Source: Eledone cirrhosa
Taxonomy: Eukaryota
Direction: 5' to 3'
Length of the DNA: 64,000 nt
NCBI GenBank assembly: GCA_964016885.1
Contig: OZ024743.1
Coordinates: 58,962,001-59,026,000 of the forward strand
Shown here: piece by piece, positions 39,089 through 52,822 of the stretch
Layout: each line of letters starts with the position of its first letter
How positions within the stretch are numbered: the first letter of the stretch is position 1
The notes under the pieces: generated by a model
Databases searched by the model: none
Seen by the model: only the letters and a program-made list of their open reading frames with translations
What the model was told of the DNA's origin: nothing
Made by a program: the position numbers and the translations under genes

Positions 39089-40580
39089 CTGGTTAAAGAA
39101 AATGAATATGATCGTGCAGAAGACATTTTCGATATTATATATTAAGTAGTTAAGTAGAGTAAAAAATGATTAATATGGCATATCGAATGCACGTGGTTTA
39201 GTTATTATTGTATTCGGCTCTCGGTTGCGTGATTCTGATTGAAATTTCCGACGCCACGCTGGACTCTTTGGCAAGACACTTCATATATAGTATATTATTC
39301 TATGTACTATATTCTATGTACTATACATGCACCTTTGACGAGTCGTAGTGCACTTGAGCACTTTACCCAATAATTTCATTATTATTATTTATATCACATT
39401 GATCCAGCTTATTCAGCTGGCAGAAAAGAGTTTTATCTGGAGAAGCGACTTTGAATACACATGTCCCGGTCAAAGTTCCATGAGATCTACGTTAAAGACA
39501 CAGGCCACTCTTGGCTATACCATTATTCCAATCGCTGGTACAATATTGTCGGAACCGATAGAGTTCCCATTACAAAACTATACCATTGATTTTAATTGCA
39601 GTATGATGTAATATAATGTGTTGTATTGAACTATTTTGTTATGTGCTGACTTACAATGTATAATACTTTTATACTGTAATGTATCGCATTATATTGTACG
39701 TAAACAGCCACTTCAAAGTGGTTAAGTAGATTGTTCACAAATACATTAACCATTACAACTTGTGCAAACATGTATCACACTGCATCTTGTGCTACGCTCA
39801 CTCAGTATAACCTCAAACTCGAAATTGCCAGTGAGGGTGTCATATATATAGAGATTCCTGAATATTTTCAAAATCATACACTATTTCAATTATAAAAATA
39901 TAGCAACAAAAGAGTTCGTACCACAAATAAAAAATCATAATATTTGAATTACTCCATTGACTAATGGCAAAGATATTGAATCAAATACATAGGAATTGGA
40001 AAGTCCCTCTCTCTATTTTGACAATCAGGAACTTTCCCAATATGCGTCGCAGTGGGATTGAACCATGAACCTAATGATTGCATCCCCGAAATACCTGATT
40101 TAAACAGCAAACAGGATTATAATTTAACATATTTTATAAGAAAACAGTTCATAATTTCGCCTAACAGATTTGGCAGAAATCCCATCACCTCTTCCTAAAA
40201 GCTCTTCCCTTCAACAAGTAAGAAGACTTAACTATCTGCGCGATGTGAGTATTTGTATTAAATACAACACGTGCTAATAGTTAGTCTCATATTTGAATTT
40301 GATGTGTAAACACAGATAGTTAATTCTTCTTCCTTGTAGAAAATCCAGGAATTGGCTACTGGCGTTTACCAATCGATCAATTGGTGAAATACATTTCTTT
40401 AATGAAATATATACAAGGAAGATTAAACAATCAATAAGGTATCTAATTTTGAAGTTCTAGTTAAACTTTAATTAGTTACCCACATAGCTGTGTGTGCTTG
40501 CACACTTTTACAGATTATCCCCTGTGATTGTTTCATATGTTTATTTTAGATATATATATATATGTCAATCAATTTCTAGT

Positions 40581-40651
<71 letters not shown>

Positions 40652-40703
40652 TTTTAATATAGATGAGATTCTACAGGACTAGAACTGTTTCATTGTATAC
40701 ATA

Positions 40704-40765
<62 letters not shown>

Positions 40766-41134
40766 AGTATGTACACGTACCTACATATATGTGTACAGAC
40801 GTACAGTAGTATGTATATATTTACATACATGCACACATATATATATGTACGTATGGGATTTCGGTACGCCCAGCCGACTAACTCACTCGATATGCAAATT
40901 AAGCTGCTAGCCGTTAATATGCATAAGGAAAGTATATACTGTCAAACGTTCAATCATCTGACAGAAAGGTATACGATGCTGACGATAGCTAATAAGCTTG
41001 AAACTAGTACATCGTTCCTGTGCCAGTGTTGAACAAAGGGGCGACGATGGTTGCCGAGCACTGTACGGCGTTATCCGTGTAGTTTGCTTACAAACACACC
41101 GAACATTATAATGAATGTTCGGTTAACCCATACG

Positions 41135-41173
<39 letters not shown>

Positions 41174-42774
41174 ATGTATGTATATATATACATACTACTG
41201 TACGTCTGTACAGATATATCTATGTACGTGTACATACTTATATTTAAGGTATCAGCCGTACTAAGAGTGAGAAATGAAATTTCATTCTTTTCCATTTATA
41301 TATATATACATATATATTTAATATAGAATGGCTTTTACAGGACTAGAACTGTTTACTTCCATTCAGCTGGCGGCAAAATTAGTTGTATCTATCATTTAAA
41401 TGTCTGTTGTTTGAAGCCTATTTTGCCACTCTAAATGTCTAGACCACCGCCAACAGTTTATATAATGTAGAAACGGCTTCTACAGGACTAGAACTTTTTA
41501 CTTCGGGAGAAATCATCAGGAAACCCTATATATATATATGAGACCCGGGTTCAGACATTGGGCACAATGCCATAACACCTCGTAGAGGGACTTAACCCAA
41601 TCAATTTGCTTGCAAAGTGAACTCCTTAAACATATAGCTATACGTTCGCCTAACAACCATCACCTAGCCCACTCACGAAATACGTGTGGAGATGTTTTAA
41701 TGAAAATAGGACTTACTTGTTACCCTACTTGTTAAATTTACTGGATAAATTTGTATCCTGCGTACCTATTGCATACTTTCTTCCAATTTCTTATCATATA
41801 GATCTTATTATTTATACATCCACCAATGTTCGAATCATTCGATTATCTTGATTGATGTGGTTGATCTGCCAAGGTTGGCTCGGAATTAAGAATAGGGCAC
41901 AGAAAGCCACATTTTTGCGACAAGATATTTCACTAAGTAGACATACAATATCCCCCCCCCCCCAAAAAAAAGGTGTTTGCCTTCATTTAGTCCCTAAATT
42001 AAGACCAGGTGTGTTGCAGTGGCCTGATAAAACATTCTGTTCATGAAATTAACGCATTAATTCTCAGTGGGATTCAGCGTTACACAGACTCTGATATGGC
42101 TGGCCCTCTTAATCGCGGATTCATTTCCTTTTTCGAGATGTGAAGTAGTCATAAGGACGTCTTCCTCAAAGAGGAATGGTTTGCGGTGGTAGAATTTACT
42201 TTTCATATTTCGTAGTTTGATAAAGAAATTACAAGTCCATTACTGAGTTAAATATTTCTTCGCTACCCCACTTCTCTCTCTTTTTTTACTTTTCCCTAAA
42301 ATATATCATCTCTATTCGGACCCGCAGAGGAATGTGCTTCACCAAATTTCAAATGCACAAAACTCGGCGTTCAGGACCCATGGAGTGATGCTTAAGTTGA
42401 ACGTCCAGTTACACACAAAGAAGAAACCCAACTCGTGTATGAATTATGAACATAAGAAATTGATATATATGTCAGAGTGTGACTTAATTGCTAAGGTGTT
42501 GAGCCCATGATCGTATAGTCATAGTTGCCATTCTTGTAACGGGCGGCATATTTCGGTCATCAGCAAGGCACTTCATTTCATTTTACTCCAGCATATCTAG
42601 CTGAAGACAATGAATTCTAACAACAGAAAATAGTGCTTAATTCTGTAATGGGTGGCTTAATGTTCAGTTGGATTTGGTGGGGTGGTGGATGTAATTTCAG
42701 TTACTTTACGCTAATGAACACGGTATACGATCATGTCTGAGGAATTTCTACGCTGGGTAGAGACTTCAATCTTA

Positions 42775-42901
<127 letters not shown>

Positions 42902-43213
42902 GATAAATCCACCAATTAATGGTAGGGTCCAAGCCGTATGAAGAACTCAATGTAATCCGTATGTAGAAGCTGTCGTGAAGCAAAGTTTAAAATACAAAAT
43001 TTCAACGATATAATTCATTGGAAGCAGAGTCAAAATAATACAAATAGTGAAAACAATGAAATTAAACTAAATACGGGTAATTCATAGTAAATCTCATTAT
43101 TTTACGATCGTTTGTAGGGGGTAGTTTCCGTATGTTCATTTTATTAGTGATCTATGTAAAATATATTACAAATTATCAAGAAAATATACATACGTCATCC
43201 CTATCTTCAGAAA

Positions 43214-43342
43214 TAATTGTTTTTACTTTTGGCACAAGGCCAACAAATATCCCAGTGTATTACCGGTACTTTATTTTGTCGACCCCGTAAGGATGAAAGT
43301 CAAAGCTAACCTCGGCGGGATTTGAACTCAGATCATAAAGGA
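43214..43342 (-). mobile_element. SINE (dominant family) inserted in the Penelope inverted repeat
   Basis: Reverse copy of the 3222 family. Confidence 0.85.
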
Positions 43343-44814
43343 CCGTAACTCTAGGCTGCAAAGCATGTTGTCCGACCCTCTACTGATTCTGCCAATTCAC
43401 CGAATGAGTTTTGTTTATTGAAGAATGTAAAAACCTTTTAAGAACAAGGCTGAGATTGACCAATAGTAAATATAGGAAGGGGCAATATAGATCATTAAGC
43501 TGGTAGTAGTAGATGAATAAATTAGCAGTCAGAGAATGAGGTATCGAATGACCTTTAAGGAAAGAAAAGAGGGTTGCGAGTGTAAAGGAATTTAGACAGA
43601 TTGTATAGAAAAGTGTGGACGGTCAGGGAAGATTAAAGTTGGAGGAAAAGGGGTTTAGATATCAGTGTGTTATATCTAGTAGAATAGTATAGAACAATCC
43701 CAAATATTTATTTCTTTGTTCAAGAGGAATAATTTGTTCTAAAATTTGAACAAGTAGAGGAATATATATGGAACCAAAGAAAAGTAAACTTTAGATTAAA
43801 AAAATATATAGGTAAGAAAATAATAAAATTTGTGTAATTATTGTATTGTGTTAGAGTGGTCAGAATGAAGTTTTACCTGTAGGGAATTTTATTTTCAAAT
43901 AAGAAATATCATTAATAATCTGGTTTTCTTAATAGGTTTAAATGCATGTTTGTTAAAGTTTTGTTAGAGTGTTGAGTATAATGTAATATATAGTGCTCAT
44001 TAATAGTTAATTAATTAAAAGAGTTATAGGGATGAGATATAGGATTGATTCTATGGATTAATTCTAATAGCAAAAAAAAAAATATACACACACACACACA
44101 CATATATACTTTTATATCTTTTCTTTATTTGTTCAGTTGTATTTATAATACTTGAATGCCTTTCTAATACTATGGTTACATGCGATAATTAATTCCTGTC
44201 TTTTATTTAATAAAATGTCTTTCGATTTAGTAATTTCAAGAATTTCTTGGGAACATAGTCCACACTCCTTTCTATTGCCCTGATAAGAAAAGACTCTTTT
44301 GAGAATCTTCCAAGTTAGGTTATAATTAATTTTCTTCTTTTTACAATTATTAACTGCTTCCGCTAAAGAAGTGGTATTAGCTAATTTTGTGTTTCGAAAA
44401 CTGTTGGTGTGTGCATAAAATCTCGATTTAAACGGATTAGATGTGGATCCAATATAGGATTGATTAGAGTCCTTAGTGGTAATTATACATTTATACACTA
44501 TATTATTAATTAAGCAATTTCCATTTAAGGAGCAATTACTTTTTACTCTACAATTACAACCGTTTGTACATAGGATTTCAGATATGCTTGCTATATTCCC
44601 AATAATAGTGCTAGTATTTGTATTTATATTTTTATATCAGAGAGAAAGGTTTGCGGTTGGGTGGTCATGGCTCGAAGGGTTGTTAGATGGTGAAATTATA
44701 GGGGATATAGTGTTTATAGAATCATGGTTGTTTTTGAAGTTATTGGTCAGATTGGGTATGTAATTCTTAGTTCCTATTAAGGATGAGGAAGATGGTAGTT
44801 GGTTGTAAAGAAAA

Positions 44815-44951
44815 CTCATTGTTCCTGAAGACGGCGGCTATGGAAGACGTATGTATATTTTCTTGATAATTTGTAATATATTTTATATAGATCACTAATA
44901 GAATGAACATACGGAGAACTATCCCCCTAGAAACGATCATAAAATAGTGAG
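44815..44951 (+). ncRNA. Hammerhead-like motif with long stem II insertion
   Basis: ctcattgttc-CTGAAGA-(about 100 nt)-GAAA-cgatca-TA-aaatagtgag. The inverted copy has palindromic cgatcg. Confidence 0.5.
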
Positions 44952-45272
44952 TTTTACTATGAATTAACCGTATTTTGTTTAATTTCATGCTTTTCACTAT
45001 TTGTTTGTATTATATACTTATATATATATACATAAATATCCGGTAATTCAATAGATTTGTTATTTACTGACGAAGGTACCAATATTAGCCTACTGTGCTA
45101 AAGAAGAGTTCTGCTTTTGTTTGATTAACAGGTCTGATAACCAGAATGGGCTGAAGTCGGGTCGATAAAACACATATGGATCCTGAGACACTCATCACTG
45201 AAACATTCGTAACTGACCCTTATCAATAAAAACAATGTGAAATCTCGTTTAGATCTTTTTAACATGTATGTA

Positions 45273-45309
<37 letters not shown>

Positions 45310-45436
45310 TCACACCCACATATATACGCACACACACATACACACACACACACATACGTATATATATATATATATATATATAAGAGACAAGACATATGTT
45401 TGATTTGTATCATTCATGACACCCTTTACTTTGAAA

Positions 45437-45437
<1 letters not shown>

Positions 45438-45499
<62 letters not shown>

Positions 45500-45507
45500 T
45501 TAATAAT
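45438..45507. repeat. (AAT)n microsatellite
   Basis: Directly visible. Confidence 0.95.
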
Positions 45508-45645
45508 ATATATATATATGTGTGTGTGTGTGTTTAAATAAAACTTATTAATGGCAATGTAGTAATTAGAATGAGACTATTTAGCTTATTATACAAATTA
45601 ACATTATTAATATCAAAATTAAAGTAGTTTAATCAAGGAACTTAC

Positions 45646-45750
45646 CAGGACATATTCTTAAAGGAGATTCAGGATTGAAAGATTTACACTTGCAATCACA
45701 TTGATTTGTAAGAAATCCTTCTCCCCGACAATGTTTCTTGGTACACTTTG
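45646..45750 (-). CDS. Astacin-like gene exon, EGF-like Cys-rich module (A)KCTKKHCRGEGFLTNQCDCKCKSFNPESPLRICP
   Basis: ttccaacag acceptor, gtaagt donor, 105 nt, phase 1-1, matching the preceding exon. Six Cys. Confidence 0.85.
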
Positions 45751-46049
45751 CTGTTGGAAATATTATGAGAATAATTTCAGTTAAATTGTTTAAGCAGCAA
45801 ACATATCAAAGAAATACAGATTTAACGTATTTAGCATGATCTTAATATTTTATAAGTTTTAGCAGAAGTCTCGGCATTGCCAGGATGAGAAATAACTATA
45901 AATGGACCAAAGGACATTTATACCTATTTCTCAAATATGCGCTCAATATAAATAAGTAATTCATTATTTCCCATGATGTTTCAGTTTTGGTCTTATTCAC
46001 GCCAGCCACCAATTAGGTATATTTTATAGCTCGAGAATTTTAGGCTTTT

Positions 46050-46680
46050 CTTTGTGAGGTGAGGTTAATATTTTGCTGATCTTAGAAATCGGATCACAAC
46101 AGCACATTCTGATGTAGACGTAGTGCATCTAGGAGAGAGGAATAATCTCTCGGAGGCTGAGGTCATAAGAGCAGTTAACGAGCTCAAATGTCGCAAGGCC
46201 ACTGGGGAAGATGAAATCCAGTCCGTGGTGTTAAAGGCCTTAAATTGAGAAATTACTCTCTGGCTGACTCGTGTCTGGGACACAAGTGAATTTGTCCGAA
46301 TTACAGAGGGATCTCCTTGTTAATCATCCCGCGTAATGTCTATGCTAAGTGCTTGACGAAGAGATATAGGGAGATTGTCGAGTCCAAGCTAGCTGAGGAA
46401 CAGCACAGACGACCAAATATTCACACTGCAGCAGGTCTTCGGTATATTCTTATTTTGTAGTCCTCGAAAAAAGTATGATCGCATTCTGCGGAAGCTGCCG
46501 CAGAAGGTTCAGCACGAATCTGTGAGCGATGGCCAGAGCTCTTGTTGTCTTGATGTCACTATACGAATTCCCGAGTTTTTGTGTTTGGATAAATTGTGCT
46601 AATTAGAAACCCTTCAATGTGGAAATCGGATTTCACCAAGGGTGATTACTGTCACTTCAATTCATTATTTACATGAAGAG
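46050..46680 (+). mobile_element. Degenerate RTE-like LINE RT fragment
   Basis: ISEAEVIRAVNELKCRKATGEDEIQ..., NYRGISLL, DQIFTLQQV and GFHQG remnants. Confidence 0.7.
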
Positions 46681-47205
46681 GATTGACACATACACATACA
46701 CACACACTATAAGATGGATAGCGGTAAAAACGGTGTTGGGTGGGATCACCATAATTTTCGGTCCGGGGCCACATGATTTCATTACTACACTCCACGCAGT
46801 ATATTATGTATATATTAGGTAATAGGAAAAGAGTCAGGACCCCGATGGCTGAGTTCCGGCCGTTGCGACAGCTAGATCCGAACTAAACCAGTAGTGTTAG
46901 GACGGGAGTAACCTAGCTGAACTTATCAAGGGGTACAGTCCATATATGAGCATGCAATTAAAACATAGCAGTAATATCATATCAAACAATCCTAAAATTT
47001 GCTGTTTTTTTCTGTCACGGGGAGTGGTCAAAGATATTGGGCTGTCATATGCATAGTTAAATTCCTTCAGAGCGGCGGGGGTTCGGTTGTGGTGGCTGAA
47101 CTTGCCTGTAGAAAAAAGGGGAGGGATTAAGATGACAATCTGACCTGTGGATGCCAGGCAGGTCATGCGTTAAGAGAGAATTCTTTACAGCCATATCTCT
47201 ATATG

Positions 47206-47360
<155 letters not shown>

Positions 47361-47414
47361 CGTTTCTGAATTTGTTTAGCAACATTCTTTATCTGAAAAC
47401 GTGTGTTGAAACCG

Positions 47415-47707
47415 ATATTGTTATACTTTGGGAGGGTCATGTTGCCAATAAGAAACACACAGAGACAAGATGGAGTAGGACAGAACAAAGGAGAGGCATA
47501 AAAACAAAGAAAAGAATCCCCAGTCACTGAAGAGGTCACATAATGTGTGACGAAAGAACTTTGACAATATATAAACAACCATCTACTTGCGGAACCAACC
47601 AACCGGAAATTTATAAATTCCTAAATTTATAAATTTATTATAATAAATTGAAGTGAAAGCAACTGGTGCGTGTGTTTCTTATTGGCAACATGACCCTCCC
47701 AAAGTAT

Positions 47708-47715
<8 letters not shown>
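47415..47715. mobile_element. 301-bp element with perfect 46-bp inverted ends, in (TA)n context
   Basis: 47415-47460 is the exact reverse complement of 47670-47715. Confidence 0.75.
47523..47565 (+). ncRNA. Minimal hammerhead-like motif
   Basis: gtca-CTGAAGA-g-gtcaca..tgtgac-GAAA-gaac-TT-tgac. Confidence 0.55.
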
Positions 47716-47782
<67 letters not shown>

Positions 47783-48729
47783 GAAATATATGGAGATTAG
47801 AAATGGCTGTGTAGATGCTATTTAAGTTAACTTAAAATGCAGTGGGAATACGAAGAAAGCAAGAACATGGTGAAGGGGGTTCCTCATCAGTTGTCTACTG
47901 GGGTCTAGGATATGTTTACGCTTTAAAGACAAGATACCACTTCACCCCAGTGCTTCATTAACTGGATAAGTTATTGGGCAAACGAAGGAAGGAAGGAAGG
48001 AAAGAAGGAAAGAAAAGGGGCGGAAATGATAAACTGTAACAAAACAGAGAAAAAATACTCAGAAACCGAGCAATGTGCGAGCAACTATAGGTAGGAAATG
48101 CAAGACCACACGATAATAGAATTTAAGTTCGAGACCGAGTAATTGAGAGGAAGGACACACGTCCGATCGCCGTAGTTGTGAGGGAGAAGAGAACTGCTAA
48201 ACGGTCAGACGAGGGTGTGAAAGTGAGAGGGAGATATATATATATTTCAATGACCTGTGTGTATATTATTTCATATTTTACGATAACCTCCCTTCTCATT
48301 TGGGGACAGTGTAACATTTCTTTTGAAGGACTGCTGGACTTTCAAAGTTAGCGGTTTTTCTAGCACTGACGGTGACTCGCTAAATATTAATATGTAGTTT
48401 ATATATTGATATTGCCTGGGCATTCCACTGATGAATTTTTAAGGGCCCACTTGCAAGGAAATCTGTTGATCAAATGCAAGCTTCTACATAACTTGGATAT
48501 TATTCTGCCACCTTGTAAATATCTTACATTGAAATGATTGTATGGAAAGTAAGATTTATTTAATTTTGTCTCATATAAAATAATACAGCAGACTAACCAT
48601 AGCATACAATATAGTTAGCACCCAAACGTATAATTGGGATTATACTTAGGTATTTCCTAATGTTTGTTGAGTGAGATGGAAGTTGGTCGGTGTATCGCTA
48701 AAAGCTTTCTCTGTTAATGTATTAAATAC

Positions 48730-48815
<86 letters not shown>

Positions 48816-48908
48816 TTATTTATTAATATTATATATATACACTATGTCCCAAGGCTCTGATACCATCAACACTATACACACAGAGCTGGCATATGTAAGA
48901 ACTGACTA

Positions 48909-48964
48909 ACTGTCTGATGAGGTCATAGCCATTCAATGGGTATCATCGAAATATTAATAGCAGT
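48909..48964 (+). ncRNA. Minimal type I hammerhead ribozyme
   Basis: actgt-CTGATGA-27-nt hairpin-GAAA-tattaa-TA-gcagt, with palindromic tattaata in stem III. Confidence 0.7.
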
Positions 48965-49005
48965 AAATAAAGGATTATGAGTTCATGCAATTGACTTATG
49001 TTTCC

Positions 49006-49065
<60 letters not shown>

Positions 49066-49229
49066 AATAAATATATATAAATATAGATATAGGTCCGAAG
49101 AACCTGCAGTTGTAGAATCAGGCTGATCCATACAATGATCATGCCTCGAGCCATCTGCCGGCGAAACAATTGTAACACGCAATAGACTGAGTCTAGAAGC
49201 ATCACTGATTTTTCTTTTTTTTATATTAT

Positions 49230-49321
<92 letters not shown>

Positions 49322-49329
49322 AATATATA

Positions 49330-49582
49330 TCACACTGACCGACCAGTCTGTCGGGCGCCAATCGGCGCCGCTGGTCACAGCAGGTCGTGCTGTTTTAGCC
49401 ATAAGATAACACCATCACACTGGCTGGGCGGGCAGGCTGGTGCTCATTTCTACAGCTGAGTAAATTGGAGCAATGTGAAATAAAGTGTCTTTCTCAAGGA
49501 AACAACACATCACCCGGTCCGAGAATTGTACTCACAACCTTTCGATTGCAAGCCCTATGCTCTAACCACTAAGCCACGCGCC

Positions 49583-49583
<1 letters not shown>
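49330..49583 (-). mobile_element. tRNA-derived CORE-like SINE (second family)
   Basis: Reverse strand reads ggcgcgtggcttagtggttagagc (A-box), then ccttgagaaagacactttatttcacattgctcc...ctcagctgtagaaatgag. Decayed relatives lie near 27780, 42480 and 51650. Confidence 0.7.
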
Positions 49584-49662
<79 letters not shown>

Positions 49663-49670
49663 CACACACC

Positions 49671-49723
<53 letters not shown>

Positions 49724-49785
49724 GTAGAGGTTGCATTATTCAGGGTATGTCAATAATTATTTATAAAATTAATCTATATTATATT

Positions 49786-49843
49786 TTATCTGATGAAAGC
49801 GCACCATAATCTACCTTGCTGGCCCTTGAAATATCTATAATGA
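49786..49843 (+). ncRNA. Degenerate minimal hammerhead-like motif
   Basis: ttat-CTGATGA-aag...ctt-GAAA-tatcta-TA-atga. Stems are weak. Confidence 0.35.
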
Positions 49844-49889
49844 ACTAAATATGGTTTTATAAATATAGTTTCCATTTGTTAATATTTTG

Positions 49890-49920
<31 letters not shown>

Positions 49921-50101
49921 GCATGCATGCATATTATATATATATATGACATATACACATATATCTGCAATTTTATTTCTCACTCGAAGAATCTAATACC
50001 ATGAAATTAGTCACAGTAACAGTAGACAGACACACAGTCACACAATGGTCTTAAATATAAATTTAAGTTTGTTTTATACATTTAAGAAACTGACCACTTA
50101 C

Positions 50102-50228
50102 CACCACACTTGTACATAAGGTTAACAATTTTGAGATCGTAGAAACTGGGATTCGTCATTTTCCCAATTATATGCTGGAACGCCGGATCTTTAGTTTCAA
50201 CAACATTTTCACCATTACGTGAGAACAT
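50102..50228 (-). CDS. Astacin domain C-terminal exon MFSRNGENVVETKDPAFQHIIGKMTNPSFYDLKIVNLMYKCG
   Basis: Matches astacin FS.NG..TI..KD...Q..IGQ....SF.D...IN..Y.C. ttttag/gtaagt splice sites, 127 nt, phase 0-1. Confidence 0.92.
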
Positions 50229-52618
50229 CTAAAATATATATTATAAACTCTGTATATTTTCATCAGCATATATAATGTGTTTCGTCTAGGCCCTGCTGAC
50301 AGAACTGAAAAGGCATGTTTGTTGGATATCATTCAATATTTGTAATACAATGGACTAGAACTGTGTAGCTTTGTTTTGAAAATAAATATAAATGGCTGAG
50401 CATTCAACGGTCACGTGTACCCTTAAAGTAATTGTCGGTGAGATTTTATGCGACAGGGTGAGACGTGTTTGCGCTTGAACTACAGGAACATTATTGCGAT
50501 CGGCTTCCAAACAGTTTCATCTATCTAATATCACTTGCAAGTCATGGGTCAAACTAAGATTATTGTAAATGACATTTGGTCAAGTTTCTATCTAGTGGGA
50601 TCGAATGCGAGACCTATTGATTGCGAAGTGAATCCCTTAATAGTTCATCAATTTTACTCTCACTGTAATGCAGTAGGTGTGTGTTCATTGACGTTTCATC
50701 TTCCCAAAGATTGCACAGATTTACAGCTATGAGTACGGGCCGTAACATAACGATGTATCAACACCTAGTGACTATATACAGATGTATAGGTGACTGATTC
50801 AAAGAAAGCTTAGCGACTTGATTTCCCTGTTTGTATCATTACAGGATTTTTGGTTTCAAAGCTAGTAACATACACACTCTAAAAACGTAAAACTCGAAGA
50901 AGCCTACAGTTTGTATGTGTATTACATGAGAAGTTATAGCTACTTTTGAAGAGGTCAGTGAATTCTATAGATCAGGGGACAATTTAGACATATTCACATT
51001 CGATATTAATATTTAGTTGAATCCCACAATTGTTTATTCTTATAGAAGTCCCTACTAACAGAACTGCATGTAACCAACGATGCAGTTGACCAATTATTCT
51101 GTTGAGAGTTACAAAACAAAAACAAAAAAAAGAAAATCTGAAATCTGAAATCTTGAAATCAGACGACAATTGGCAAAATAATTCAATGAATTAAGATTAT
51201 ATTCACGAGGGAAAGAGCAAAAGGGTGAATTCATAAGACAGACATTCGCGGAAATAAATTTCTAAAGTCAAAACTCTTCTCACATGGCAGAATTGGTGAA
51301 AGGATGAACATTAGAAGAAAGAAGAGCTACTGAATTAGCAAAGGAGATACTTTACGCGAAAAGGAAATACTTTCAAGGAAATACTTTACGGGAAAACAAA
51401 TATTAAAATATTTATAGAAAAAAGATGAAGTAATGAGAGAGTTGTTGACGTTTAACTGCTAAAACAGAACCCCTTGTTATTGTTACACGGAGCTGTTATT
51501 GAGTCGACAGGTGTTCGAACCGTCCTGAACCAAAACAATGTCTTCATGTAAAATTGACGTGCAAGTTTCTGCGTATTCTATAGTCAAGTGGTTTTGGGTG
51601 ACATTCGGGTGCAGTGTGTCTCAAGTTTAAGAAATATAGGTATAATTTCTATTTGCTAGCTGAATGGATAGGAGCAACGTAACATAAAGTGTTCGGCTCC
51701 AGGACACAATGCGCTGTCGGGAACTGAGCTTACACACTTATTGTCATAAGCTAAACACCGAAAACACAAAAGCATATGCATTGACAATTATCAGTTGTAA
51801 GGAGGAAACAACAGGACAAAAAAGAAACAAAATAAAACATGTAAATTTAACTATTTCTATAGAATGGACTTGAAAAAAGTTTACTATAAACAAACGCTTC
51901 ATTTTATTGAATATAATTTAGAAAGACATCTTATAAAATATTACCATATGGGCATTACTTTTTTCCTATTTACTGACAAATTGAATATTTTTTATAATCT
52001 GACCATTCACTGAAATACTAAATTCGAAAATATTTTAGAAAGAGCGTCTGTTCAATACCATTATTTCACCTATTTATTCTATCGAAAGATTGCTCAATAT
52101 TGGTCAAGTGATCTTCATGTAGCAGGCCGTTCGTTTTGCTTTTACCCAGCGAGGGTATAAAGGAATTTGATAACATAATTTTAAATATAATTGTTTCTTT
52201 TATCGTTACACAAATCTCCCAAATGGAGATACAAAATGTAGTGTGATGATCATGGCCTTCCAGTACGTTATCTGTTTTCTAGCAAGACCCTAAATCCGAT
52301 ATAACTTTCACCTTACAGGATACTTTCTAGTACCAGAATGGGGTTTGATAATGTAGCGGGCATATTTTATAAAATGTTGAAACGGGGATGTCACACTTCA
52401 ATCGAATCTGCAATGTGATCCCGCAAGTTACCAAGGCATTCCCTTAAATCATATGCTACATGCAATAAACATGCACAAAAATAACCTTAATAAAATTTGA
52501 ACAAAATATTATAAATGGCGAAATTATTTAAAATCGTGTTATGTAATTTTATTTGCTATAATTGAATTTTGAAATATAAATGAATAAATGCAGACAAGGT
52601 TTACATAAATCTACTTAC

Positions 52619-52822
52619 CGTGGATGAATAATGCATGATACTATAGTAGTCATACGGCGTATTGAATGTTTCTACCTGACTATTCGTCAATTTATTGAAA
52701 TCCGATATGAAGTTGGGAATGATATTGTCTATAATTACTCGTATATAATTATCCCTATCTGGACGTACATGCTGTTTCACTAACCCTATAACATGGCCAA
52801 GTTCGTGTAGTATTGAATTCAT
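52619..52822 (-). CDS. Astacin catalytic exon MNSILHELGHVIGLVKQHVRPDRDNYI...YDYYSIMHYSST
   Basis: HExxHxxG..RPDRD and Met-turn YDY.SIMHY. tttcacag/gtaagt splice sites, 204 nt, phase 0-0. Confidence 0.95.

Larger units (their letters stand above)
26329..41293. repeat. Tandem segmental duplication, 4 units starting at 26329, 29967, 33862 and 37757
   Basis: tcaccattgaaa(g/c)gcaaatattctaaatgg recurs with periods 3638, 3895 and 3895, and the ORF track repeats with the same offsets. Confidence 0.95.
43035..45010 (-). mobile_element. Penelope-like remnant with inverted terminal repeats (43035-43216 / 44815-45010)
   Basis: GIY-YIG at 44133-44560 (VYKCII..YIGSTSNPFKSRFYAH..CGLCSQE). The two flanks are reverse complements of each other. 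Confidence 0.8.

Noticed and set aside
26329-41293. CRISPR-like or prokaryotic repeat-spacer system
   Set aside because: The units are kilobase-scale eukaryotic intron-exon duplications. No short repeat-spacer array or cas genes were seen anywhere in the window.
41476-41526. Hammerhead-like motif on the minus strand
   Set aside because: The GAAA core is mutated to TAAA and stem III is disrupted. It is a decayed relative of 58272-58320.
41714-41760. Possible small exon ending in gtaagt
   Set aside because: No phase-compatible open frame with the neighbouring exons.
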